Of a stretch of 64,000 bases of DNA, positions 30,962 through 40,132 are shown one piece after another. The position numbers and the translations under genes were made by a program. Position 1 is the stretch's first letter, and the number at the start of each line of letters is the position of its first letter. The DNA comes from Armatimonadota bacterium (lineage in GTDB: Bacteria; Armatimonadota; Fimbriimonadia; Fimbriimonadales; Fimbriimonadaceae), in contig JANNQV010000045.1 of the NCBI GenBank assembly GCA_031400935.1, forward strand, positions 1 through 64,000, written 5' to 3'. The notes beneath the pieces are model-generated. The model saw nothing but the letters and a program-made list of their open reading frames with translations. It did no database searches and was not told the DNA's origin.

Positions 30962-31068
30962 GAATGAATGTTGAAACGAAAACGAAAGATAGGTTCAAAT
31001 CAAGGTATAATTTATCGCTCGTTTTCGACAATGACGCCAGTGAAAAATAGAAAGGCAAACAGAATTTA

Positions 31069-31701
31069 ATGGAAGTAAAAGCAGTCGGAAAATATATGAA
31101 AGTGCAACCGCGAAAAGTCCGCATTTTGGCGGATCTTGTTCGTGGCAAAAATGCACATCAAGCTGCGGAATTGCTGAGGTTTCACTCAAGCAAAGGCGCC
31201 AAATTCTTGCGGAAAATTCTCATTAGCGCGATGGCGAACGCGAATGAAAATAACAATCTCGCTGTAGAGAACCTAAAGATAACACGCATACAAATTGATG
31301 AAGGTCCTCGACTCAAACGAATTCAAGCGCGGGCAATGGGCCGCGCTTTTCGCATTGTAAAGAAGACAAGCCACATCACAGTTGTCGTTGAAGAAGGCGA
31401 GCCAATTGGCAGAATCAAGCCACACGGCACCAAAGCTAAGCCGAGACCAACACTGGTTCCTAACAAGAAAACGAAGAAGCCAGAAGCCGTTGAAGCAAAG
31501 GTTGAGGAAATTGTTGCCGACGCAACAGTTGCTGAGGTAGAAGTTACCGAAACAGTTGAAGCCGTAGCTGAAGTATCAGAAACGACAGAACCAGCGACAG
31601 AAACGGAAATCGAAGCGGTAGTCGAAGAAGCTGCTGCGAAAGAATCACCAGCTGCTGAAGATCAAATTGAAGCAACAGATGAGCCGAAGGAGGGCAACTA
31701 A
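31069..31701 (+). CDS. rplV: 50S ribosomal protein L22 with long acidic C-terminal extension
   Basis: PRKVR, SAMANA, RAMGRA, TSHITVV, then ~100 extra aa. Confidence 0.95.
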   Translation: MEVKAVGKYMKVQPRKVRILADLVRGKNAHQAAELLRFHSSKGAKFLRKILISAMANANENNNLAVENLKITRIQIDEGPRLKRIQARAMGRAFRIVKKTSHITVVVEEGEPIGRIKPHGTKAKPRPTLVPNKKTKKPEAVEAKVEEIVADATVAEVEVTETVEAVAEVSETTEPATETEIEAVVEEAAAKESPAAEDQIEATDEPKEGN

Positions 31702-32543
31702 TGGGTCAGAAAATCAATCCAATCGGCTTTAGAGTTGGTATCATTCGTGGCTTTGACAGCCATTGGTATTTCAACAAGAAAGGGTATGGCGCGGCGCTCA
31801 AGCAAGACCACGAGATTCGTGATTACTTGAAGCAAAGAATCGGAATGGGTAACGTTTCGCGAGTCGAAATCGAGCGCGCAGCAAATCGAGTTAAAGTAAA
31901 CATTTTCACCGCTCGCCCTGGCGCAATCATCGGGAAAGGCGGAAAGGGCATTGACGAGCTGACCGACCATTTGAATCGGCTAGTTCGAAAGACGGACAAG
32001 ACAGTAGGCGTTCAAGTCAACGTAACTGAAGTTCGCCAGCCAGAGCTCGATGCTCAACTTGTTGCCGAAAACATCGCAATTCAGCTCGAACGACGTGTCT
32101 CTCACCGAAGAGCCATGCGGCAAGCGATGACCCGCGTAGTTCGAATGAATGGTCGTGGAATCAAATTGCTTGTTTCAGGACGACTCAATGGTTCCGAAAT
32201 CGCACGAAGCGAAGCTGACCGCGTTGGCAAAGTGCCTCTTCATACGATCCGAGCCGACATAGATTACGGAATTGCGACTGCCCGAACGATGTATGGCGCA
32301 ATTGGCGTAAAAGTATGGATTTACAAAGGGGAAGTTCTTCCTGAGCGACGTGGCGCACCGGTAGCTGAGGCTGCTCCTGCTCCAACTCGACTTAGAAAAG
32401 CTAAGTCCGAAGATGGCGTTGCAGAGACAGTTGAAGCGCCAGTTATCAAAGCCGAAGCCGTTCCTGAGCCAGTAATGGCGGAACCGATCGAAGCGACTGT
32501 GGAAACGCCAGAAGTGGAGGTGTCATCCGATGTTAATGCCTAA
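31701..32543 (+). CDS. rpsC: 30S ribosomal protein S3
   Basis: [31 protein letters not shown]. Confidence 0.97.
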   Translation: MGQKINPIGFRVGIIRGFDSHWYFNKKGYGAALKQDHEIRDYLKQRIGMGNVSRVEIERAANRVKVNIFTARPGAIIGKGGKGIDELTDHLNRLVRKTDKTVGVQVNVTEVRQPELDAQLVAENIAIQLERRVSHRRAMRQAMTRVVRMNGRGIKLLVSGRLNGSEIARSEADRVGKVPLHTIRADIDYGIATARTMYGAIGVKVWIYKGEVLPERRGAPVAEAAPAPTRLRKAKSEDGVAETVEAPVIKAEAVPEPVMAEPIEATVETPEVEVSSDVNA

Positions 32544-33033
32544 AAGAGCCAAGTATCGAAAGCAGCATAGAGGACGTCGAGCCGGAAACGCAATGCGTGG
32601 AAACAAGATTGATTTCGGCGATTACGGACTTGTAGCAATGGAAGCAGGTTGGATTACAGCCCGCCAGATCGAAGCCGCTCGAATTGCGATGACTCGCTAC
32701 ATCCGTCGTGGTGGAAAAGTTTGGATTCGAATCTTCCCTGATAAACCTTATACAAAGAAACCACTCGAAACTCGAATGGGTAAAGGAAAGGGGCCTGTCG
32801 AAGGATGGGTTGCCGTAGTAAAGCCTGACCGAGTGATGTTCGAAATGAACGGCGTTCCACCTGAATCAGCCAAAGAAGCAATGCGATTGGCAATGCACAA
32901 ACTTCCGATCAAATGTAAATTTATGATTCGTGAAGGTGGTGCGATTGCTGAAGTCGTTCAAACAAAGGAAGTGAAGGAAGTTAAGGAAGCCGCAGCAACG
33001 CCGGATGTTAGCGCCGCGCCGGAGGCACAATAA
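32530..33033 (+). CDS. rplP: 50S ribosomal protein L16
   Basis: QIEAAR, RIFPDKP, RMGKGKG. Confidence 0.97.
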   Translation: MLMPKRAKYRKQHRGRRAGNAMRGNKIDFGDYGLVAMEAGWITARQIEAARIAMTRYIRRGGKVWIRIFPDKPYTKKPLETRMGKGKGPVEGWVAVVKPDRVMFEMNGVPPESAKEAMRLAMHKLPIKCKFMIREGGAIAEVVQTKEVKEVKEAAATPDVSAAPEAQ

Positions 33034-33038
33034 ACGCA

Positions 33039-33296
33039 ATGAAAGGAATGAAACCAAAGGATATTCGAGACAAGTCTGTGCCTGAGCTAGAAGCAATGGT
33101 AGACGCAGAACGAGCCGCACTTTATCGCGCTCGGCGGGATTTGGTGTTTCGCCAACTGACCGATGTCAAACAACTTGCAGTTCGTCGTCACAACATTGCG
33201 CGAATGCTAACAATCATTTCTGAAAAGAAATCTGGCGGTGAAGTTGTTGCAGTTGAAGCACCTGTGAAGAAAACGACCAGAGGGAAAGCGAAGTGA
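33039..33296 (+). CDS. rpmC: 50S ribosomal protein L29
   Basis: Position in the operon; RHNIARMLT. Confidence 0.9.
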   Translation: MKGMKPKDIRDKSVPELEAMVDAERAALYRARRDLVFRQLTDVKQLAVRRHNIARMLTIISEKKSGGEVVAVEAPVKKTTRGKAK

Positions 33297-33628
33297 GCGA
33301 AACAACAGCAAAGAAGAAGGCACCAGCTTCAAAATCAAAGGCGAAGGCATCAGCCACTACTGAGGTAGCTGTTCAAGAAGATCGTGGGCGACGTAAGATT
33401 CGACAGGGCTACGTTTCTAGCGCAAAGATGGCAAAGACAGTGGTCGTAAAGATCGAAAGCCGTGCTCAGCACCCTTTGTATAAGAAAATTGTCGTTAGCA
33501 CTGGAAAATTCAAGGCTCATGACGAAATCGGCTGCGATGTAGGCGATTTAGTTGAAATTATGGAGACTCGACCCGTCAGCAAAGAGAAGCGTTGGAGAGT
33601 CACACGGATTGTGGAGAAGGTTAAGTAA
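33293..33628 (+). CDS. rpsQ: 30S ribosomal protein S17
   Basis: [28 protein letters not shown]. Confidence 0.95.
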   Translation: MSETTAKKKAPASKSKAKASATTEVAVQEDRGRRKIRQGYVSSAKMAKTVVVKIESRAQHPLYKKIVVSTGKFKAHDEIGCDVGDLVEIMETRPVSKEKRWRVTRIVEKVK

Positions 33629-33664
33629 GAAGTCGGACGAGAAGCCGATTAAGCGAAAAGGGCA

Positions 33665-34036
33665 ATGGTACAGCAATTTACAAGAATGAAGGTGGCCGAC
33701 AACTCGGGGGCCAGAGAAGTGATGGTTATCCGAGTATTAAAGGGTTCACAGCCTCGCTATGGAACAGTTGGCGATGTGGTTGTGGCCTCAGTTAAGGTGG
33801 CAACACCAAACATGCCCATCAAGAAAGGCGATGTGATTAAGGCAGTCATTGTTCGAACGCGGAAGCAGGTTCGAAGAGTTGACGGTTCTACGCTCAAATT
33901 TGATGAAAATGCTTGCGTCGTCATCAATCCCCAAACGATGGAGCCTCGTGGAACTCGTATCTTTGGCCCAGTTGCCCGCGAATTGCGCGATAAGAACTTT
34001 ATGAAGATCGTTTCGCTCGCACCAGAGGTTTTATAA
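33665..34036 (+). CDS. rplN: 50S ribosomal protein L14
   Basis: [26 protein letters not shown]. Confidence 0.97.
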   Translation: MVQQFTRMKVADNSGAREVMVIRVLKGSQPRYGTVGDVVVASVKVATPNMPIKKGDVIKAVIVRTRKQVRRVDGSTLKFDENACVVINPQTMEPRGTRIFGPVARELRDKNFMKIVSLAPEVL

Positions 34037-34037
34037 C

Positions 34038-34445
34038 ATGACAAAAGCAGAAATTAAACATAAAGCCAACCTGCCGAAATGCAAAATGCGAACTGGCGAC
34101 AAGGTCAAGGTAATCGCTGGAAAGGACAAAGGCGAAATCGGATACATCGCTGCGCTTGATCCAGTAAAGGGCAAAGCAATCATTCTCAAAGAGAATGAGG
34201 AAAATGCGGATCAGCCACTCCCTCTGAACGCAGTTATCAAGCACAAGAAAGCAAAATTTCAAGGCGAGAAATCGGCCAGAATCAAACTGCCGGCACCGAT
34301 TCAGCTAAGCAATTTGATGCTTTTAGACCCAAAAACGAACGTGCCAACAAGGATCGGTCGCAAGATGGGCGAGAATGGCAAGCTTGTGCGATTCGCGAAG
34401 AAATCAGGCACAGTTTTGAAGGATACGCCGAATATAGATAAGTAG
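34038..34445 (+). CDS. rplX: 50S ribosomal protein L24
   Basis: KOW motif GDKVKVIAGKDKG; APIQLSNL. Confidence 0.93.
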   Translation: MTKAEIKHKANLPKCKMRTGDKVKVIAGKDKGEIGYIAALDPVKGKAIILKENEENADQPLPLNAVIKHKKAKFQGEKSARIKLPAPIQLSNLMLLDPKTNVPTRIGRKMGENGKLVRFAKKSGTVLKDTPNIDK

Positions 34446-34525
34446 TTTGGGAGTGCGCGGGCTTGACCGCGCTTTATCCCGATTCCAATGAGCAAGAAAT
34501 ACCGCGGTCAAGCCCGCGCACTCCC
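34446..34525. repeat. REP/MITE-like element (same IR as 19329-19447)
   Basis: GGGAGTGCGCGGGCTTGACCGCG ... CGCGGTCAAGCCCGCGCACTCCC. Confidence 0.85.
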
Positions 34526-34560
34526 GAATCTGGTCAGCAATCAGATTATTAGGAAAAAAA

Positions 34561-35139
34561 ATGGCAAAGAAAGACAAAGAAAAAGGAACACAAGGAGCGC
34601 TGCCCGGCCCGCGCCTCAAAACAGTTTATAGAGAACAGGTGATGGCCAAACTCAAAGAGCAATTTGGCTATACCTCCACCATGCAGATTCCAAAGCTGTC
34701 AAAGATCGTTATTAACATGGGTACGGGAATTGATGACAAGCACCTTGAAAATTCCCTTCGAGACATGACCCTGATTGCTGGGCAAAAGCCTGTGATTACC
34801 AAGTCGAAGAAGGCTATTTCGAACTTTAAGCTTCGAGAAGGCGTTCCGGTTGGTTGCATGGTCACTCTTCGTGGAGATCGCGCACTTCACTTTTTGGACA
34901 AGCTGAATACGGTTGTTCTTCCTCGAATTCGTGACTTTCAGGGTGTAAATCCTAACTCGTTCGATGGCCGAGGCAATTATGCTTTGGGCCTGAAAGAGCA
35001 GTTGGTTTTCCCCGAGATTCCATACGATACATTTGATCGAATCCGCGGAATGGACATCGTGATTTGCACGACGGCAAACAACGATGCCGAGGCAAGAGCT
35101 TTGCTCAAAGGCCTTGGCATGCCGCTGAGAGAGAGTTAG
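34561..35139 (+). CDS. rplE: 50S ribosomal protein L5
   Basis: KIVINMG, GQKP, LPRIRDF, FDGRGNY. Confidence 0.97.
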   Translation: MAKKDKEKGTQGALPGPRLKTVYREQVMAKLKEQFGYTSTMQIPKLSKIVINMGTGIDDKHLENSLRDMTLIAGQKPVITKSKKAISNFKLREGVPVGCMVTLRGDRALHFLDKLNTVVLPRIRDFQGVNPNSFDGRGNYALGLKEQLVFPEIPYDTFDRIRGMDIVICTTANNDAEARALLKGLGMPLRES

Positions 35140-35311
35140 GCCTTAAGTTCGAATTCGTTCATTTCGGCGATCCGAAAAATCTTACGAATCGTTAGTATTG
35201 TGGTAGCATTTTTTTGTCAATTTCAAATCCAAGAAGCATCACATTCCAATAAAAATGCAAAAGAGTGCTCCAGCAGGGATTTCTTATGCTATGATTGTTT
35301 TGAGGTGAAAT

Positions 35312-35539
35312 ATGAAGAACGTTTGATATTTTGCGATCGTGGCACTTGTAGTTGTGGCTTTGATGCCTTTGGCATCGCGTTCGGAGAGCAAAACTGGGCT
35401 AATACAATGCATTTCCGATCCTATGACTCACATGTGTCTTAACTACTCTTATAATTGTGGTTTTGGCCTATATTCACAGTGCACTGACCCAAACGGATCT
35501 CACGCGGATTGCTGGTGCAGTCCTGCTCCTAAAGACTAG
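35312..35539 (+). CDS. Secreted six-cysteine peptide; in-frame TGA at codon 5 (alternative GTG start 35339)
   Basis: GAGGTG RBS, ATG AAG AAC GTT TGA TAT TTT..., hydrophobic signal, mature C-x8-C-x6-C-x7-C-x9-C-x-C. Confidence 0.6.
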
Positions 35540-35548
35540 GAATACAAA

Positions 35549-37444
35549 GTGATTAGCTGTATTGCGGCCGTATTGATCTTGACGCCCAAAACTGGGTTCA
35601 ACGAACTTGATACGGTCGCTAATCTGGCTTATACAATTGCCAAACTCGATGGAACAGAGTTAAAAGTAGATTCAAAAGTATCGAACCTTCCAGTCTGGGT
35701 TCGAACAGACGGATCGCCCTCACGTGCGCGAGAACTTTTGGCGTTGGCTTCAAGATGCAACGTTTTGAAAACCGAGACCGGATACCGCCTTAAGTTCGAT
35801 TCTGAGCATGAAAGGGCAATGAAAACTGGATTCGATGAGTCGGCATTCAGCAACATACTTGGCCTCAGCAAGGACCTTGGCAGATTGGACGGCTCTCGTA
35901 CTTCAAAAGAGTGGGCTGACGAAATATGGAATCAGTATTTGAAATCGGGCAATCTTCGTAGGCAATCGCAAACACACCGCCTTCTTAGCGAATTCGTTCT
36001 GGCGACAGATGTTAAAGTTGTGACACGACAACGACCGCTAGAAACGGTGATCTATTCAAATAAGCCGACTTCCGCAGAGAAGCGAATCAATAATCAACAG
36101 GAGCAAGCTTTAAGCAGGTACCTGAGTGTCAACCAGCTTCTCTACAATCGGGCAGTTGCTAGGGAAACGAGTGCACAAGACATTAGTTCGCTACGATTGT
36201 TTGACCCAACCAACACGATTGGAAGAGTTGTTTTTGCTATTGGACACTTCGAAGGTACAGTAACAGGCTCAATTAGAATCTATAATTCAATGGGGACGGT
36301 ACTTAGCGCATATGGCCGAGGGCTTCCAAGTGCACGATTACCTATTGCTGCAGTAGTTGACCCAGCTCTTAATTTTGAAACAAGATTTATTGCTCAAAAA
36401 GTAATTTCTGATACGTATGAATCTGCAATCAAGGAAGGGCTGCCGCCTCCCGATCCAGCTCAAATCGCAGTCAAGCCAGTATTGCAAGCCTTTGCAGGAG
36501 AGCGAGAAATAGCATGTGCAATCCCTGACGCTGTAACTGAGTTTTGCCTAAAGAATTCCGGTTCAGTAAGCACCAGGCAAATGATAGAACGTCTTCAGAT
36601 ATTGGGTTTTGAACTTCGACTATCAGATGGGGTAATGAGCCTGACATATAACCGTTATTGGACTCCAATTGAATTAAGTTCGGTCTTGCGAAAGCCATTG
36701 CTCAAGGCATTGAGCTCAATACTTAGCGGTGGCTCATTTCTGCGAGAATTGAGCGTTTGCCATGCGAATTCTGGTGAAGAAATTCGAAATAGCCGCCTCG
36801 ATGATTGGGTCTTCAATGAATTGATTCCAAGCCTCAGGGAAAATACGCCGCAAGTTTGGGCACGCCATTTTTTATTAGCAATTCTTGGGACATTGTCACA
36901 AGAAAACTATGACGCAGTTTTGAGAGGAGTGCCATTCGATCTTTCCCTCCGAGATGCCAAGAAGTTCTTGGACCCATGGATGTTCTCCGATCCTGCAGCA
37001 CTAAAGCCCATGAGCCAGACACATTGGAGGGATGAGCTTGAAGCTGGCACGTATACTTTTCCTTTAGGCTCACCAGATAGAGCAATCCTTAGAATGCAGA
37101 CTAACTGCAATTACGCAATTCGTACGGCAAATGCAACTGGTCCGATCACGAAATTGCAGGATTTGGCATTAATGATTCCATTGCTGGATGGGGTTGGAGA
37201 ACAAGATTCGATTGAGAAATTCCTTTCGCAGAATTCGCGATACGGACTCGTTCCACCTCATCAATTGTATCGAAGCCCTGTCGGACAATTCGATATTGAA
37301 CTCAACGGTATTGCGCTTCTTACTGATGGGCAAGAAACTGGAATTCAGGATCCAATGGGAAGCTATGCTTCGTTCTCGGAGTGGCCGAAAGCGGCACGCG
37401 ACGTGCTTCTTTCGGAACTTCGGTCAAAGGGAAGAGTTCCGTGA
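35549..37444 (+). CDS. Large exported hypothetical protein
   Basis: 631-aa ORF with short hydrophobic N-terminus; stop overlaps the next start (GTGA). Confidence 0.75.
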   Translation: MISCIAAVLILTPKTGFNELDTVANLAYTIAKLDGTELKVDSKVSNLPVWVRTDGSPSRARELLALASRCNVLKTETGYRLKFDSEHERAMKTGFDESAFSNILGLSKDLGRLDGSRTSKEWADEIWNQYLKSGNLRRQSQTHRLLSEFVLATDVKVVTRQRPLETVIYSNKPTSAEKRINNQQEQALSRYLSVNQLLYNRAVARETSAQDISSLRLFDPTNTIGRVVFAIGHFEGTVTGSIRIYNSMGTVLSAYGRGLPSARLPIAAVVDPALNFETRFIAQKVISDTYESAIKEGLPPPDPAQIAVKPVLQAFAGEREIACAIPDAVTEFCLKNSGSVSTRQMIERLQILGFELRLSDGVMSLTYNRYWTPIELSSVLRKPLLKALSSILSGGSFLRELSVCHANSGEEIRNSRLDDWVFNELIPSLRENTPQVWARHFLLAILGTLSQENYDAVLRGVPFDLSLRDAKKFLDPWMFSDPAALKPMSQTHWRDELEAGTYTFPLGSPDRAILRMQTNCNYAIRTANATGPITKLQDLALMIPLLDGVGEQDSIEKFLSQNSRYGLVPPHQLYRSPVGQFDIELNGIALLTDGQETGIQDPMGSYASFSEWPKAARDVLLSELRSKGRVP

Positions 37445-38481
37445 CTTTCAAGCTGCGTCGGTTATGGATATTCAACCGATGTACTGAAATCGCTCCGTCA
37501 CTTCGTGTAATTGCAGCAATCCTTGGACTTTCCATAACGTTGTTAATTGCACCAGCTCATTTACTTGGTTATACCGCGTTCTGCTTTGGACAGCAAGACT
37601 GCAATGCACTTGCTGTGGACTCAAGGGCTAAGCTATTTAGCGTTGTGCCGATTTCTGCGCTTGGATTAGCGTACTACACTCTCATGATCGTTTTCCTGAC
37701 AACTCAAGTGGTACCCATTCTTGTTGTAAGGGTTCTATCAGCTGTCGGTGTGATGGCTAGTATTTATTTCCTTTTCATTCTCAAGTTTTCAATCGGTGTT
37801 AGCTGTATTTACTGTTATTTGTCGGCTATGTTATCGTGCTTACTTGCTTACTTCTTGCACCTTCCTTCTTCGGAAAAGCCTCGAACTTCTGTAGTTCTGT
37901 TTGGGACCGGCATATCGGTATTCCTCATACTCACATACTATGCCATTTATAGTCCAAAGAAGATTTTTGCGACCCACAACGAAGAAGCACTAGCAAAGAT
38001 TTCACTATCTGAACTGATAGGAGACCATCGCCTGGTCGGAAATGCTAATGATCGGGACAATCTTGTGGTATTTACGGACCTAGAATGTACTGCATGCCAT
38101 CAATTGATCCCAAAGCTGAAGAAACTGATAAGCGCGGAGAAGTACCAGGTATCAATTCGTCATTTTCCACTTCCATCCCATCCGCTTGCGAAGCGACTTG
38201 CGCTTTTTGCAGAATGCACTCGATCTAGTGCAGGCTTAATAAACTTTATCGAATATGTCGCCAAAGAGTCTCCAACAAGTATTAGTGATGTGATCGCGCT
38301 CGAAAAAGATTATCTAAACAAGTATGGTTACTTCTCAAAAGCTACGTATGAGGCTGCAAAAATCAGACTAGAACAAGACTCTGAACTTGTGAGTTTGCTT
38401 GGGTTGAGGGGTACTCCCTTCATGATTCTCGTAGACAATAATTCAGCCACTCGAACAGTAATTTGGGAGAAAGACCTTTGA
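37441..38481 (+). CDS. Second VKOR-DsbA fusion protein
   Basis: CFGQQDC, TM CIYC, FTDLECTAC, RHFPL..HP, GLRGTPF. Confidence 0.82.
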   Translation: MTFKLRRLWIFNRCTEIAPSLRVIAAILGLSITLLIAPAHLLGYTAFCFGQQDCNALAVDSRAKLFSVVPISALGLAYYTLMIVFLTTQVVPILVVRVLSAVGVMASIYFLFILKFSIGVSCIYCYLSAMLSCLLAYFLHLPSSEKPRTSVVLFGTGISVFLILTYYAIYSPKKIFATHNEEALAKISLSELIGDHRLVGNANDRDNLVVFTDLECTACHQLIPKLKKLISAEKYQVSIRHFPLPSHPLAKRLALFAECTRSSAGLINFIEYVAKESPTSISDVIALEKDYLNKYGYFSKATYEAAKIRLEQDSELVSLLGLRGTPFMILVDNNSATRTVIWEKDL

Positions 38482-38568
38482 ATTATTGAGCTAGTCAACT
38501 GCAAAATGTTTTGAATGAGCATCTTCGAAGATAATGCTGTACGAAGGCACAGGATGGAAATCCCCTTT

Positions 38569-39372
38569 TTACTTGCGCCGTCGGCGACCTAAGAGACACC
38601 CAGTTCCAATTGTCGCAGCGACCATTGTGGCTGGTTCCGGGACGAGTTCCACGCGGTAGTTATCGTAAATTCCAGTCACCGATTGTGAAGTCTGGCCCAT
38701 ATTCAAGGTTACTAGGCTGAAGTCGAAAACTTGGTTTTGCAAGCCAATCGTATCAACGTGAGTGTTATAAACAGCCCCGTTGTAAGTGAAATTGTTGCCA
38801 TCCAATTGATAGGTCGTGGTGAGCGTGTTGGCGGAAGTTTGAGTAACGAACAGAGAAATGGTGTGCCAACCGCTGTAGGGCGGGTTAGAAACATGTCCCA
38901 GAATTGGAGCTATGGGCCCAGTGCCATGGCGGGCTCCCGCGAATGCAAATCCGCCTTCTAGCAAAAAGATCGAATGCTCATTTGCATGAGTGTTTGACCA
39001 CATCGAAAGGCCAGCTAATTTTGCAGGCTCATTGGGATCGGAATAAACATCTACACTTGCCTTTAGAATAAATCCAGAGGGAATCGTGACTCCGCCTGTG
39101 GTTGTCAGATTCACGCGGGAATGGTGATCAAATTGCCCTGGAGCAAGTGTGGAAGTGTAGTTCAGGGCTTGGGAACCTAGAACTGGGCCGGTATTCACTA
39201 CCATTGCACCCGAGGAGGTCCAAGGATTCGGGCCGTTTGCGGCTTGGCCGTTTACGGCTCCCAGCGTATTGATGCTCGATTCAAAATCCGTATTGACCAA
39301 GTAAATTGCGTAGGAAGGGGCTGCACAGAGGCAAGTGGCTAGCAATGAAAGTAGGCGAAGTCGGTACATCAT
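38569..39372 (-). CDS. PEP-CTERM sorting-domain protein
   Basis: Signal MYRLRLLSLLATCLCAAPSYA; YDN..VPEPATMVAATIG...RRRRK. Confidence 0.85.
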   Translation of the reverse strand: MMYRLRLLSLLATCLCAAPSYAIYLVNTDFESSINTLGAVNGQAANGPNPWTSSGAMVVNTGPVLGSQALNYTSTLAPGQFDHHSRVNLTTTGGVTIPSGFILKASVDVYSDPNEPAKLAGLSMWSNTHANEHSIFLLEGGFAFAGARHGTGPIAPILGHVSNPPYSGWHTISLFVTQTSANTLTTTYQLDGNNFTYNGAVYNTHVDTIGLQNQVFDFSLVTLNMGQTSQSVTGIYDNYRVELVPEPATMVAATIGTGCLLGRRRRK

Positions 39373-39580
39373 TTCTCCAAGAAAACTGTGATCGTTCAAA
39401 CGAACACCTTTGAGTATAACACGCATGAATAGAGGTTAAGCCAGTATTCTCGCGAGGTTTCAATCGCAGATGTGGGTTTCAGATTCCACTTTACATTCTG
39501 CTCTCTAGACTTCCAACGCATTATGTCTGCAAAGGCATATGGCAACCAAACCGCCATAAACAACGTACAATCTCCAACAC

Positions 39581-40033
39581 ATGGATCGAGAACAGTTGCG
39601 TTCGGACGAAGATGTCGAGGAGATTCTACGGCTTGCCGTAAGAAGGGAAGGCCGATCAGACCCAGATTTGCGCCACCGGCTTCACACAGCGGCAAGCGAG
39701 CTTGGAATTTCGGAGACCGATTTACGAGCCGCCGAAGAAGAGTATTACAAAAAAACTAGGGTGGATCAGGACCTTGCCGAATTCAATTCGCGAAAGCGTC
39801 GAGATTTTCGGGGGCATTTTACAACTTATGTTTTGGTGATTCTGGGACTGTTCGGGTTGAATATTTTCACGATTAGAGATGGTGGAGATTTATGGGCTAT
39901 GTACCCAATGCTCGGATGGGGAATCGGTGTTGCTATACATGGTTTTTCTGCTTATAGCCGGGCGACGAGGGACGATCCAGAATTCTTAAAATGGCGCCGA
40001 CGCAAACTATCTGGCTCGGACGATGATGACTAG
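39581..40033 (+). CDS. 2TM-domain membrane protein
   Basis: EDVEEILRLA N-terminus; F..H...Y..V, WAMYPMLGWGIGVAIH. Confidence 0.8.
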   Translation: MDREQLRSDEDVEEILRLAVRREGRSDPDLRHRLHTAASELGISETDLRAAEEEYYKKTRVDQDLAEFNSRKRRDFRGHFTTYVLVILGLFGLNIFTIRDGGDLWAMYPMLGWGIGVAIHGFSAYSRATRDDPEFLKWRRRKLSGSDDDD

Positions 40034-40104
40034 AGATTAGGGATAATGGGATTGCGAAAAGGTTGAATCCGACTTTAACCTCTTCCTTGGTCCAGGTGAA
40101 AAAA

Positions 40105-40129
40105 GCGGTCAAGCTCGCGCACTCCCAAA
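40105..40129. repeat. Solo half of the GGGAGTGCGCGGGCTTGACCGC repeat
   Basis: GCGGTCAAGCTCGCGCACTCCCAAA (1 mismatch), immediately before the mrdA start. Confidence 0.7.
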
Positions 40130-40132
40130 AAA

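Noticed and set aside
35200..35442. 80-aa Cys-containing ORF overlapping the peptide gene
   Set aside because: No RBS or signal peptide; the alternative frame has the RBS, signal peptide and ordered Cys pattern.
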